IMG/VR virus record: IMGVR_UViG_3300007597_000002
Direction: 5' to 3' (one strand)
DNA length: 64,000 nt
Source of the DNA: an uncultured virus (IMG/VR IMGVR_UViG_3300007597_000002)
Lineage: Duplodnaviria > Heunggongvirae > Uroviricota > Caudoviricetes
The notes beneath the pieces are model-generated. The model was given only the letters and a program-made list of their open reading frames with translations, did not search any database and was not told the DNA's origin. Made by a program: the position numbers and the translations under genes. Of the stretch, positions 38,495 through 48,111 are shown in pieces (the stretch's first letter is position 1; each line of letters opens with the position of its first letter).

Positions 38495-38722
38495 ATGGAT
38501 TATTTGAAAGTTCAAGGACATGATGGCTTAGTTAGAGATACCTCTACTGGAGCCATTATAAATACTAATAGAACAGAATATGAAACCTATATGAGCAGAA
38601 AAAAGATGGCTGAGCAGAGAGAGTTAGAGATTTCTCAACATACAGAAGACATAAATATATTGAAGAACGAACTGCAAGACATAAAATCTCTTATTTTACA
38701 GCTTTTGCACAAAAAAGATTGA
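38495..38722 (+). CDS. small conserved virion-associated protein
   Basis: KVQGHDGLVRD..TGAIINTN plus a coiled coil; start moved to ATG 38495. Confidence 0.75.
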   Translation: MDYLKVQGHDGLVRDTSTGAIINTNRTEYETYMSRKKMAEQRELEISQHTEDINILKNELQDIKSLILQLLHKKD

Positions 38723-38736
38723 CTAAGGAAACTTAA

Positions 38737-39942
38737 ATGCCAAATATTACATCCGCATCTATTACGCTAAGATCGACTAAGGGTAGTCCTCTTACGAATA
38801 CAGAAGTCGATAATAACTTTAATAACTTAAACACAGCCATTGCGACTGGTTTAACTGCAGCCAGCTATACCGCAGCTGATGTTCTAGCCAAACTAGTTAC
38901 TGTTGATGGTGCTGGATCTGGTCTAGACGCTGACTTACTTGATGGACTGACTACTGCTTCAGCAAATACAGCATCTACTGTTGTTGTTCGTGACGCTTCT
39001 GGTAACTTCTCTGCTGGTACTATTACTGCAGCGTTAACTGGCACAGCGACTATCGCTTCCAGCTTGAATTATACAGTGGCTATCTCTGGTGGTGGTACTG
39101 GTGCTACTACTGCATCATCTGCTAGATCTAACTTAGGTTTGGCAATCGGCTCTGATGTTCAGGCTTATGATGGTGAACTAGCTGCGTTGGCTTCTACCAC
39201 TTCTTCAGCAAATGCACTACCTTACTTTACTGGCGCAGGTACTGCTTCTACTACAACTCTTTCTGCATATGGTCGCACTCTTATCGATGATGCAGATGCA
39301 TCTACTGCTCGTGGTACACTTGGTTTAACGATTGGTTCTGATGTTCAGGCTTATGCGGCAAACTTAGCTGCACTTGCAGGTGTTTCTGGTAATGGTCTTT
39401 ATATTCGTACTGGTGCAGGTACTGCTGTTAATAGATCAATTGCAGCTGGTTCTGGTATTACTGTCTCCAATGGTGATGGTGTTTCTGGTAATCCAACGAT
39501 TAATGCAAACGTATTGTCTGTTCAGGGTAATACTGGTAACGTAATCGTTTCAGTTCCTGTTACTTCTGTTCAGGGTAATACTGGTGCGGTTATTGTTTCT
39601 AACATTGCTGGTAATGCTGCCACTGCCACCAACGCACATGCTGCACATACTTCTCAGTTCTCACACCATGCTCAGTATACTCCATGGTCTCAGGTTCAAG
39701 GTCGTCCACACCACTTATCTCAATTTGCCAACGACTTAGGTAACTATGGTGGTTGGGTTCCACATAATACTAAACATACTAACCCAGATGTCAGCTCTAC
39801 CATTGGGCGAAATGCTGGTGGTGTAGGAAATTGTGGTAATATCGTATCTAGAAACGTATCGAGAATGCACTTAGATACAAACCACCATTTTGATCCTCAC
39901 CACCACCACAATAATTGTACCAATTGTAACTGTAACTGTTAA
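38737..39942 (+). CDS. tail fibre protein with His/Cys-rich C-terminal peptide
   Basis: [45 protein letters not shown] fibre motifs; ends [14 protein letters not shown]. Confidence 0.85.
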   Translation: MPNITSASITLRSTKGSPLTNTEVDNNFNNLNTAIATGLTAASYTAADVLAKLVTVDGAGSGLDADLLDGLTTASANTASTVVVRDASGNFSAGTITAALTGTATIASSLNYTVAISGGGTGATTASSARSNLGLAIGSDVQAYDGELAALASTTSSANALPYFTGAGTASTTTLSAYGRTLIDDADASTARGTLGLTIGSDVQAYAANLAALAGVSGNGLYIRTGAGTAVNRSIAAGSGITVSNGDGVSGNPTINANVLSVQGNTGNVIVSVPVTSVQGNTGAVIVSNIAGNAATATNAHAAHTSQFSHHAQYTPWSQVQGRPHHLSQFANDLGNYGGWVPHNTKHTNPDVSSTIGRNAGGVGNCGNIVSRNVSRMHLDTNHHFDPHHHHNNCTNCNCNC

Positions 39943-39959
39943 TAGGTAATAGGAAAACT

Positions 39960-40895
39960 ATGCAATATATAACTAAACTCCAACATCGTGCTAGATATTT
40001 GGGATACCCAAATGCAGTATTACCAAAACATTTCGATGATTCGGTAGGTTTAACTGGTATCACTGATCCTGTAGAATACGATAGAATATCAGCTGCTGCT
40101 GACCCAACTATTTTCGAACAGATGGAATTTGATTTTAAGTGGGATTTAAATTTAACTGGTAATATTTTAAAAGCAAAATTTATTAATGTTACCGAAAATA
40201 ATAGAATTATTAATAATTTTTCTATTGATATGTCATATTTAAGTAATGCAGACGCATGTACTCTTTGGTATATTAAAGATGATATTATTTTAAGTAATAT
40301 ATCCAAAGTACTTGATGCAGATGCAGAAGAACTAACTATAGTAGATACAGATCTAGTTAATTCTTTCGCAAATACTTTACCAACCAAAAATTTTAATATT
40401 TATGGAACCCATGGTTTAATAGTATTTTATGTGACTAAAGATAATCCAACTCCTGCTGATATTATCACTTGTATTATTAGACCTATAGTTAGCACAGATA
40501 CGGACTATAATACAGTTTTACCAGAAATGTTAAGAAATAATATCGAAATTAAACCACTAGGTGATTATAGAGTTACTGTTACAGGTAATTTGACTAAGCA
40601 TCCTGCTGATCCTACTACATTACTGATTATTGATACACTTTTACCAGAAATAACAGTGACATCTTCAACAGTATCTGGTGATATTGTTACAGTTAATTTT
40701 ACAACAGATTCGAAAATCAATAACATTTATCTGGTCCAATCTGAAGGTTATTTACCAAAATTAAAAATCCCAGTTACTAATGGAACTGGTTCTTTTAAAG
40801 TAGTCACAACTGGTATGGATGCAGGTGATACTATTAAAGTTAAAATGGGTTTTAAATATTGGGTTAACAGAACTGAGTTCACTAAAATATTATAA
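39960..40895 (+). CDS. hypothetical protein with beta-sandwich-like C-terminus
   Basis: 311 aa, AGGA SD, between the fibre and the radical SAM gene. Confidence 0.75.
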   Translation: MQYITKLQHRARYLGYPNAVLPKHFDDSVGLTGITDPVEYDRISAAADPTIFEQMEFDFKWDLNLTGNILKAKFINVTENNRIINNFSIDMSYLSNADACTLWYIKDDIILSNISKVLDADAEELTIVDTDLVNSFANTLPTKNFNIYGTHGLIVFYVTKDNPTPADIITCIIRPIVSTDTDYNTVLPEMLRNNIEIKPLGDYRVTVTGNLTKHPADPTTLLIIDTLLPEITVTSSTVSGDIVTVNFTTDSKINNIYLVQSEGYLPKLKIPVTNGTGSFKVVTTGMDAGDTIKVKMGFKYWVNRTEFTKIL

Positions 40896-40912
40896 AATTT
40901 ATATTTTGAACA

Positions 40913-40954
40913 TATCCTATCGGAGATAAATACTCTGATAGGATAATTTATTTT
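40913..40954 (+). terminator. 13-bp hairpin with ATAAATA loop and T-rich tail
   Basis: TATCCTATCGGAG-ATAAATA-CTCTGATAGGATA-ATTTATTTT. Confidence 0.6.
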
Positions 40955-40964
40955 GAGGGATAGT

Positions 40965-42356
40965 ATGGCAACTTTTGAAATTTCAGCATGGAGTCCAGCA
41001 GAAAAGGTTACTAAGAAATTATTTTACAATAGTTCTCTTAGCACATTAAAGTGGGAAGATGGTTCCAATGTTATTGCAGATGTTAGAACACAACCTGATG
41101 TTGTTTCTCCTGCAAAGATTGAACATGGTAAAAAAGATTTAAAAACTGTTAAGATTCAACTAGGTCTTTCTTGTAACTTTGAATGTGATTATTGCAATCA
41201 AAGATTCGTACCACATGCAGATGAAACTAATCCAAACGATGTAGATCCATTTGTATTGAATATGGACTCATGGTATGAAGGTGGGTCTGATGGATTTGGT
41301 AAAGATACAAACTTCGAGTTTTGGGGTGGTGAACCATTTGTTTATTGGAAAACAATGAAGCCTCTTGCAGAAGCACTTAATAAAAAATACCCAAATGCTC
41401 GTATGTCAGTAATTACAAATGGTAGTTTATTAGACATAGAAAAAAATGAGTGGTTAGAACGATATAATTTTGGTGTGGCGGTTTCACATGATGGTCCAGG
41501 ACAACCAGTTCGTGGACCAGATCCTTTAGATGATCCAAAATCTAAAGAAGGTATTATAGATCTTTATAAAAGACTTGCACCAAAGCGTATGTTTAGTTTT
41601 AATTCTATGATTAACTCTAAGAATACTAGTCGTGCTGAGATTGAAAAATTCTTCTTCAATTTTGTTGATACTGAAATCGGTGAGAAATATAAACAGTTCT
41701 TAACAATAGGCGAAGGTGCTTTCGTTGATGCTTATGATGAGGGTGGATTAGCAAATTCTTTAGTTGATGGTGAAGAAGATATTTCTTATAGAAATCAAGC
41801 ATTAGAAGAATTGCGTGCTGGTAAGGTAACAAGATTTGATGTTATCGGGCAGAAAGTCGGTGGGTTTATTGACTCATTAGCGAATGGTGTTAGAATCGAA
41901 TCACTACCCCAAAAGTGTGGTATGGATAAATCTAATTCTATTGCTCTTGACTTAAATGGTAATGTTTTAACCTGCCAAAATGTAAGTCCAGTTTCTACAA
42001 ATCCCGCAGGTATATCTCATAAACTTGGACATATATCTGATCTTTCTTCAACTAGATTAGATTCAGCTACTCATTGGAGTGATAGAAAAGAATGCCCAAA
42101 CTGCCCAGTAGTACATATTTGCAAGGGTGCTTGTATGTTTCTTTCTGGTCCACTATGGGATGCTTCTTGTGATAATGCATTTAGTGATAATATCATCCCA
42201 TTTTGTATCGCAATTGAAGAGATAACAGGATGTATCCCTGAGTATATCGAGGGTCCATTAAGAGAAGATCGTAAAGATATTTTCTGGTGGGTTAAGGGTA
42301 AACCAGAAAAGGTTAGAAAACCTAAAAAGATTATACCGATTGTGATGGCATCATGA
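40965..42356 (+). CDS. radical SAM enzyme with SPASM domain
   Basis: CNFECDYC (CxxxCxxC), FWGGEP, ITNG, SHDGP; SPASM Cys pattern KCG...TCQ...CPNCPVVHICKGAC...C; GAGGGA SD before ATG 40965. Confidence 0.92.
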   Translation: MATFEISAWSPAEKVTKKLFYNSSLSTLKWEDGSNVIADVRTQPDVVSPAKIEHGKKDLKTVKIQLGLSCNFECDYCNQRFVPHADETNPNDVDPFVLNMDSWYEGGSDGFGKDTNFEFWGGEPFVYWKTMKPLAEALNKKYPNARMSVITNGSLLDIEKNEWLERYNFGVAVSHDGPGQPVRGPDPLDDPKSKEGIIDLYKRLAPKRMFSFNSMINSKNTSRAEIEKFFFNFVDTEIGEKYKQFLTIGEGAFVDAYDEGGLANSLVDGEEDISYRNQALEELRAGKVTRFDVIGQKVGGFIDSLANGVRIESLPQKCGMDKSNSIALDLNGNVLTCQNVSPVSTNPAGISHKLGHISDLSSTRLDSATHWSDRKECPNCPVVHICKGACMFLSGPLWDASCDNAFSDNIIPFCIAIEEITGCIPEYIEGPLREDRKDIFWWVKGKPEKVRKPKKIIPIVMAS

Positions 42357-42667
42357 GTAGTTTCTTTAAAGGATACGTATTAGAGATTAATCAATTCCCT
42401 AGAATTGTAGGAAACATTGGAACTATCGAACACTATACAGTCAAAGAAGTATTTGAATTTGATAGTGATACTAAAGAATATGGGTACAGAGATAGCCTAA
42501 TTCCACTACAATCTGTTATAAATAAAGATGAGATTGACCTAAATACAATTAAAGATCTTATAAATAATAAGGTGGCTTTCTTGAGAAGAACCTTAAATTT
42601 TCAGAACCAAACACAAGTCTGGTCTTTTGATACCAGCAAATTAGGAGAACTAAAAAATGACAGTTAA
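42353..42667 (+). CDS. hypothetical protein, translationally coupled to the radical SAM gene
   Basis: ATGA overlap; 104 aa. Confidence 0.7.
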   Translation: MSSFFKGYVLEINQFPRIVGNIGTIEHYTVKEVFEFDSDTKEYGYRDSLIPLQSVINKDEIDLNTIKDLINNKVAFLRRTLNFQNQTQVWSFDTSKLGELKNDS

Positions 42668-43604
42668 AAATGTAAAATGGGTTATCGCTCATGAGCCTAT
42701 TGGTTTATTTTTGAAGGTAGCCGAAGCATTTTCCAAAGAAGTTAACGAAAGAACTAATGGGAAATTTAATGTTGAGATTCTCTCATTGACTGAGTATTCT
42801 CAAAAGTACAATTTCGGTAAACAACTAACAAAACGATCTATGATGGATTTAGTTGGTTCTGGACAAGTTGAGATGGGTCACATCTATACAACTTGGCTCG
42901 CAGATATCAATCCAGATCTTAATGTTTTAGATTTACCATTCTTGTTTAGAGATCACGATCATGCTGATGCTATTCTTGATGGTCCAATCGGTGCTGATTT
43001 GTTAGCTGGTGTTGAGAAGAACTCTCAGATCAAAGCAATGGCATTTACATATTCTGGTGGATATCGTGTGGTTCCTGCTAATTTTAAAGCAGATACGATT
43101 GAATCTTGGAAAGGTAAAAAAGTTAGAATTAGTTCTAGCCCAGTTGCCCAAGCAACTTTCGAAACACTCGGTGCAATTGCAAATCCTAATATCGAATTAG
43201 AACAAATGAATGAACAAGCCGATCGTGGAAACATCGATGCAGGTGAATCAACTTATGTTCGCATTTTCCCACTACAGCAAAACAAATCTTTCAAGTATGT
43301 TAATGATACTGCACACAGTTTGTTCTTGACTTCTATTATTGTCAATGAGGCTTTCTTCAATCAGTTTGACGATGAAACTAAACAGATCATGTCTGAAGCA
43401 GCATTTAATGCAGCAAAGGCAGAACGTAAAGAATCTGTTGCAGATATTCCAAATATTTTAGATCAATGTAAAGCTGAAAAAGTTGAAGTTATCTCTATGT
43501 CTAAATCTGAACAGAAAAAGATGCAAGATCTATTGACCCCTCTCCATGATAGATTTGAGGCTTCCTTTAGTGATGGATTAGTCAAGAGCATTAAGTCTCA
43601 TTAA
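42657..43604 (+). CDS. DctP/TRAP-type solute-binding-fold protein, no signal peptide
   Basis: F...V.E.T.G, V..G.VEM, LDLPFLFRD.DH, GKKVR, F..LGA, IDAGE. Confidence 0.82.
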   Translation: MTVKNVKWVIAHEPIGLFLKVAEAFSKEVNERTNGKFNVEILSLTEYSQKYNFGKQLTKRSMMDLVGSGQVEMGHIYTTWLADINPDLNVLDLPFLFRDHDHADAILDGPIGADLLAGVEKNSQIKAMAFTYSGGYRVVPANFKADTIESWKGKKVRISSSPVAQATFETLGAIANPNIELEQMNEQADRGNIDAGESTYVRIFPLQQNKSFKYVNDTAHSLFLTSIIVNEAFFNQFDDETKQIMSEAAFNAAKAERKESVADIPNILDQCKAEKVEVISMSKSEQKKMQDLLTPLHDRFEASFSDGLVKSIKSH

Positions 43605-43625
43605 TCTAAACTAAATATATTATAC

Positions 43626-43655
43626 AGGGGATGTTTAGCATCCCCTTTTTATTTT
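43626..43655 (+). terminator. Rho-independent terminator-like hairpin
   Basis: AGGGGATG-TTTAG-CATCCCCT followed by a T-run. Confidence 0.8.
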
Positions 43656-44711
43656 ATGGAAAATATAATGAAACCTAGAATTTTATATTATAACAAAAAA
43701 CAAGCACCTTTCTTAATTAATAGAGATGCTTCTTCAATGTCACCATTTTTATCTAAAACGTATACATATAAAATTTTTAATTCATATGAGACACTTGGAT
43801 TAAATAAACATAATATGGTATATGATAGATCTGGTTCTGTACCACATTATTTAAATATTGCAGAAGATGCCCACCCAATACCAGAGGTGGGTATTTCTTT
43901 TAATAAATCATTTTATCAAGCATGTGAAGAACGTGCAAAGCACCTCCTAAGTCTTAATAAAGTAGTACATGTACTTTGGTCTGGTGGAATTGATAGCACT
44001 TTTGTTTTATTCATGTTAAAGAAATTCTCCAACGATCCCGATCAGGTTAGAGTTTGGGGTACATTAAATTCTATCTTAGAATCTGGTGATATGTTTGATA
44101 GAAGATTAAAGAATGAATTTCCTTACACTATCCTAGAACCAACAGATAATGAGTTTTCCTTTAATGTAAATGAATGTATTTTTGTCAGTGGGATGGGTGG
44201 GAATCAGTTATTTGGACCAACAGATGATATGTTCGCCACTGGTGGAACTGCTATGTTCCACCACACTCTTGGTACTCCAGAAACTATATACGAATCTTAC
44301 GAGAATAACATAGACCCTAAACTATTAGAATTTCTGGATCCAATGATAAAGAATTCTTATAGGAAAATTGAAACAGTCGCCGATCTAAGATGGTATTGTA
44401 TTTTTAATCTAGACTGGTACACTGGCTTATATGAACATAGAACAATGCTTCAGATAGAAAAGACTAAAAAGATGCATGCGTTTTTTGATTCTGACGATCT
44501 ACAACGCTGGGCTATGACTACTAAAGAACCATTCACCAAAGTTCGTGGGAATGCCAATACACATCGTTGGCAAATGAGGCAAATTCTGTCCGAAGAATTC
44601 GGAGAACGAGATTATGCTTTAAACAAATCAAAGAAAATATCAAACCTAAACGTCCAACGTCCTCAGTGGCTATTTTTACTAGACGATTTCCATAATGTCC
44701 TGATCGACTAA
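43656..44711 (+). CDS. asparagine-synthetase-like PP-loop ATP pyrophosphatase, synthetase domain only
   Basis: VLWSGGIDST PP-loop; FVSGMGGNQLFG matches the AsnB SGEGADELFG motif; no N-terminal Cys glutaminase domain. Confidence 0.7.
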   Translation: MENIMKPRILYYNKKQAPFLINRDASSMSPFLSKTYTYKIFNSYETLGLNKHNMVYDRSGSVPHYLNIAEDAHPIPEVGISFNKSFYQACEERAKHLLSLNKVVHVLWSGGIDSTFVLFMLKKFSNDPDQVRVWGTLNSILESGDMFDRRLKNEFPYTILEPTDNEFSFNVNECIFVSGMGGNQLFGPTDDMFATGGTAMFHHTLGTPETIYESYENNIDPKLLEFLDPMIKNSYRKIETVADLRWYCIFNLDWYTGLYEHRTMLQIEKTKKMHAFFDSDDLQRWAMTTKEPFTKVRGNANTHRWQMRQILSEEFGERDYALNKSKKISNLNVQRPQWLFLLDDFHNVLID

Positions 44712-44773
44712 GTTGCAAATACAAAAATCCCTCGCTTATAAATAAAGAGGTAAAAGCAATTTAGGATCAGAAA

Positions 44774-45109
44774 ATGGCGACTGTTAGTAATCTATTCGTT
44801 GACGCTGGGGCTAACTACAGCAATATAATTACTGTATCCGCATCCAATGGTCAAGCACTCGATTTGACTGGATATACTGTGGCTTCTCAAATGAGAAAGT
44901 CATATCAGTCCAGCACATCCTATAATTTCACATCAAGTATATACTTAGCAGCTTCTGGTAAGGTTAGACTTCAATTAACAGATGTACAATCTGCTAGTAT
45001 TCCAGCTGGACGCTGGCTTTATGATGTAGAGATAACTTCTCCATCTGGTACAAAAACCAGAGTAGTCGAGGGAGTTGTCACAGTTAACCCACAAATTACA
45101 CAGATTTAA
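44774..45109 (+). CDS. small virion structural/adaptor protein
   Basis: DLTGYTVASQMRKSY, GRWLYDVEI, RVVEG.V.V.P; TATAAATA at 44737. Confidence 0.75.
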   Translation: MATVSNLFVDAGANYSNIITVSASNGQALDLTGYTVASQMRKSYQSSTSYNFTSSIYLAASGKVRLQLTDVQSASIPAGRWLYDVEITSPSGTKTRVVEGVVTVNPQITQI

Positions 45110-45111
45110 TT

Positions 45112-45363
45112 ATGACAGATACAATAGCAATTGTTACCCCAGATGAAGCGTTAACTGTTGCAGTTTCCGAAGGTGTTCTTACACTTTCACAATCAAACTT
45201 AGCTGCACCAGCTGTAGTCGAATCTATGTCAAACATCGCCGATGTCGATGTTACTACGAATGGTAAGTTAAATGGATCGCTTTTAGTATACAGAACAATA
45301 ACAAATAAATGGACTGCTTCTACTACGCTTGATGCGCAGAATTTAGAAGGTGGCGAATTTTAA
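45112..45363 (+). CDS. small fibre-associated protein
   Basis: DVD.T...NGSLLVY....KW, ends LEGGEF. Confidence 0.65.
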   Translation: MTDTIAIVTPDEALTVAVSEGVLTLSQSNLAAPAVVESMSNIADVDVTTNGKLNGSLLVYRTITNKWTASTTLDAQNLEGGEF

Positions 45364-45377
45364 TCGGAGAATAAAAG

Positions 45378-48053
45378 ATGGCATCAATAATTAGAATAAA
45401 ACGCTCATCGGTTTCAGGGAATCCAGCTACACTGGGTGCTGGTGAATTAGCGTATTCAGCACTTAATGGGGCTGGTGGTAATCGTCTATACATTGGTATG
45501 GGCACAGAGACCTCAGGTAATGCTGCTAACCACTTAGTAATCGGTGGTACTTACTACACTGGTTTAATTGACGCATCAGTTGCTGGCACATTAACTACTA
45601 GTGCATCCTCAATTCCAGTTCTTTCTGCAACTGGTACGATCGATACTTGGAAAGTTGGTAATACTCAATTAACTGGTAACACATTATCATCTACTGACAC
45701 CAATGGTAACATTAACCTTACACCAAATGGTACTGGTAAATTAGTTCTTAATAATCCGTACATTAATGGTACGACTGATACTCTTGCTGAGTATATCTTT
45801 GATACAGTTGGTGGAGCAGTAACTGCTGGTACAGGTATTACTGTAACACCAAGTGATGTTGGTAATACTACTACCATTTCAATAACTAATACTGCGGTAA
45901 CTCCTGGAACTTATGGCTCTGCTACTTCGATTCCAACATTCACTGTTAATCAACAAGGTCAATTAACTGCTGCAGGTAGTGCTTCTTTAGCAACTACTTT
46001 AAATATCGCTGGTGATACTGGTACGTCAGCATTTGCTCTACTAACAGACACCATGACTTTTGTTGGTGGTACTGGTATTACTTCTGTTGTCGCAAAAGTT
46101 GGTGCTGCTACTAGTGTAACTTTTGATATTGATTCAACTGTTACTACTTTAACTGGTACTCAGACACTTACTAATAAGACTTTAACTAGCCCAATAATCA
46201 ATGGTGCAACCATTGGTGCTACAGGTGCTACATTTAATGGTTCTACTTCTGGTACAATTACTGTACTTGCATCAGCTGTTGCTGGAACAAATTCATTAAC
46301 TCTACCAGCTGCAACTGATACTTTAGTCGGTAAAGCAACAACTGATACACTTACTAACAAGTCTATCAACTTAGCAAACAATACACTAACTACTACTTCT
46401 GCTCAGTTAGCAACTGCTATCTCTGATGAGACTGGTACTGGTGTTGTTGTATTCTCTAATACTCCAACTCTTGTTACTCCTATTCTTGGTGTTGCTTCTG
46501 CTACTTCTATTAATAAAGTAGCAATTACTGCTCCTGCCACTGGTTCTACTTTAACTATTGCTGATGGTAAAACCTTTACTGCAAGCAATACTTTAACTCT
46601 AACTGGTACTGATACTTCATCTATTGCTTTCGGTGCTGGTGGTACTGTTGCTTATGTAGCAAACAAACTAAGCGTATTTGCTGCCACTACTTCTGCTGAA
46701 CTTGCTGGCGTTATCTCTGATGAGACTGGTACTGGTGTTCTAGTATTCTCTAACAGCCCAACTCTAGTTACTCCAACTCTTGGTGCTGCTTTAGCAACTA
46801 GCATTACTGCCACTTCTGGCAATATGACTGTTAATGCTGCAGCTGGTAATAACAGTGTAAACTTAGTTGCAACTGGTACTGGTACTGTTGACGTTGCCAA
46901 CAAGCGTATTACTTCTGTTGCTGAACCTACTCAGTCTAGCGATGCTGCTACTAAGAACTATGTTGATGCTGTTAAGACTGGTCTAAAAGTTAAAGATGCT
47001 GTTCGTGCTGCAACTACTGCAAACCTAGCTGCAACATATGCTAACGGATCTTCTGGTGTTGGTGCTACATTAACTAACTCTGGATCTCAAGCTGCCTTTA
47101 CAATTGATTCGATCGTATTAACTGCTGGACAACGAGTTCTTGTTAAAGATCAATCAACTGCCTTCCAAAATGGTATCTATACAGTAACAACTGTTGGTAC
47201 TGTTTCTACAAACTGGGTTCTTACTCGTGCTATTGACAATGATAGTAATGTCACTGTTCTAGAAGTTGAAGGTGGAGATTTCTGTTTCGTTCAAGAAGGT
47301 ACAGTAAACGCTGATAATGGTTTCGTTGTAACTACTAATGGATCTATTACAATTGGTACTACTGGAATTGACTATGTTCAATTCTCTGGTGCTGGACAAG
47401 TTATCGCTGGTGATGGTTTAACTAAGACTGGCAATACTCTAAACGCAGTTGGTACTAATAACCGTATCTCTATTTCTGCTGATGCGATTGACATCTCTTC
47501 AAGTTATGTTGGTCAAGCAACTATTACTACTCTTGGTACTATCGCAACTGGTACTTGGCAAGGTACTATCGTTGGTTCAACTTATGGTGGTACTGGTGTT
47601 AATAATGGATCTAGCACTATTACACTTGGTGGTAGTTTAAGCACTATCGGTGCGTTTACTACTGCGTTAACTGCAACTGCTAATACTACATTAACACTAC
47701 CTGTTACTGGCACTCTTGCTACACTAGCTGGTACTGAAACATTTACTAACAAAACTTTAACTGCTCCAGTTATCGCAACTATTGTTAATACTGGTACTTT
47801 AACACTACCAACTTCAACTGATACTTTAGTTGGTCGTGCCACTACTGATACACTTACTAATAAAACAATCACTGGTGCGATAATCACTACTGGTAGTATT
47901 AACAATACTCCAATCGGTGCCACTACTACAAACACTGGTGCGTTCACTACATTAAATGCAAGTGGTACTATTACTGCTCAAGGTAATATTACTGGTGCTG
48001 GTGCTGGTACTTCTACTCTCGATGGATTCAATATCGATGGTGGTACGTACTAA
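45378..48053 (+). CDS. long tail fibre protein
   Basis: IRIKRS...P..L..GELAY, TQTLTNKT repeats, DAATKNYVD, ends IDGGTY. Confidence 0.85.
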   Translation: MASIIRIKRSSVSGNPATLGAGELAYSALNGAGGNRLYIGMGTETSGNAANHLVIGGTYYTGLIDASVAGTLTTSASSIPVLSATGTIDTWKVGNTQLTGNTLSSTDTNGNINLTPNGTGKLVLNNPYINGTTDTLAEYIFDTVGGAVTAGTGITVTPSDVGNTTTISITNTAVTPGTYGSATSIPTFTVNQQGQLTAAGSASLATTLNIAGDTGTSAFALLTDTMTFVGGTGITSVVAKVGAATSVTFDIDSTVTTLTGTQTLTNKTLTSPIINGATIGATGATFNGSTSGTITVLASAVAGTNSLTLPAATDTLVGKATTDTLTNKSINLANNTLTTTSAQLATAISDETGTGVVVFSNTPTLVTPILGVASATSINKVAITAPATGSTLTIADGKTFTASNTLTLTGTDTSSIAFGAGGTVAYVANKLSVFAATTSAELAGVISDETGTGVLVFSNSPTLVTPTLGAALATSITATSGNMTVNAAAGNNSVNLVATGTGTVDVANKRITSVAEPTQSSDAATKNYVDAVKTGLKVKDAVRAATTANLAATYANGSSGVGATLTNSGSQAAFTIDSIVLTAGQRVLVKDQSTAFQNGIYTVTTVGTVSTNWVLTRAIDNDSNVTVLEVEGGDFCFVQEGTVNADNGFVVTTNGSITIGTTGIDYVQFSGAGQVIAGDGLTKTGNTLNAVGTNNRISISADAIDISSSYVGQATITTLGTIATGTWQGTIVGSTYGGTGVNNGSSTITLGGSLSTIGAFTTALTATANTTLTLPVTGTLATLAGTETFTNKTLTAPVIATIVNTGTLTLPTSTDTLVGRATTDTLTNKTITGAIITTGSINNTPIGATTTNTGAFTTLNASGTITAQGNITGAGAGTSTLDGFNIDGGTY

Positions 48054-48111
48054 CTAAATATAGTATAATACTGGGGATTCTTATCCCCAGATAACCTTTT
48101 TAGGAAGATGA

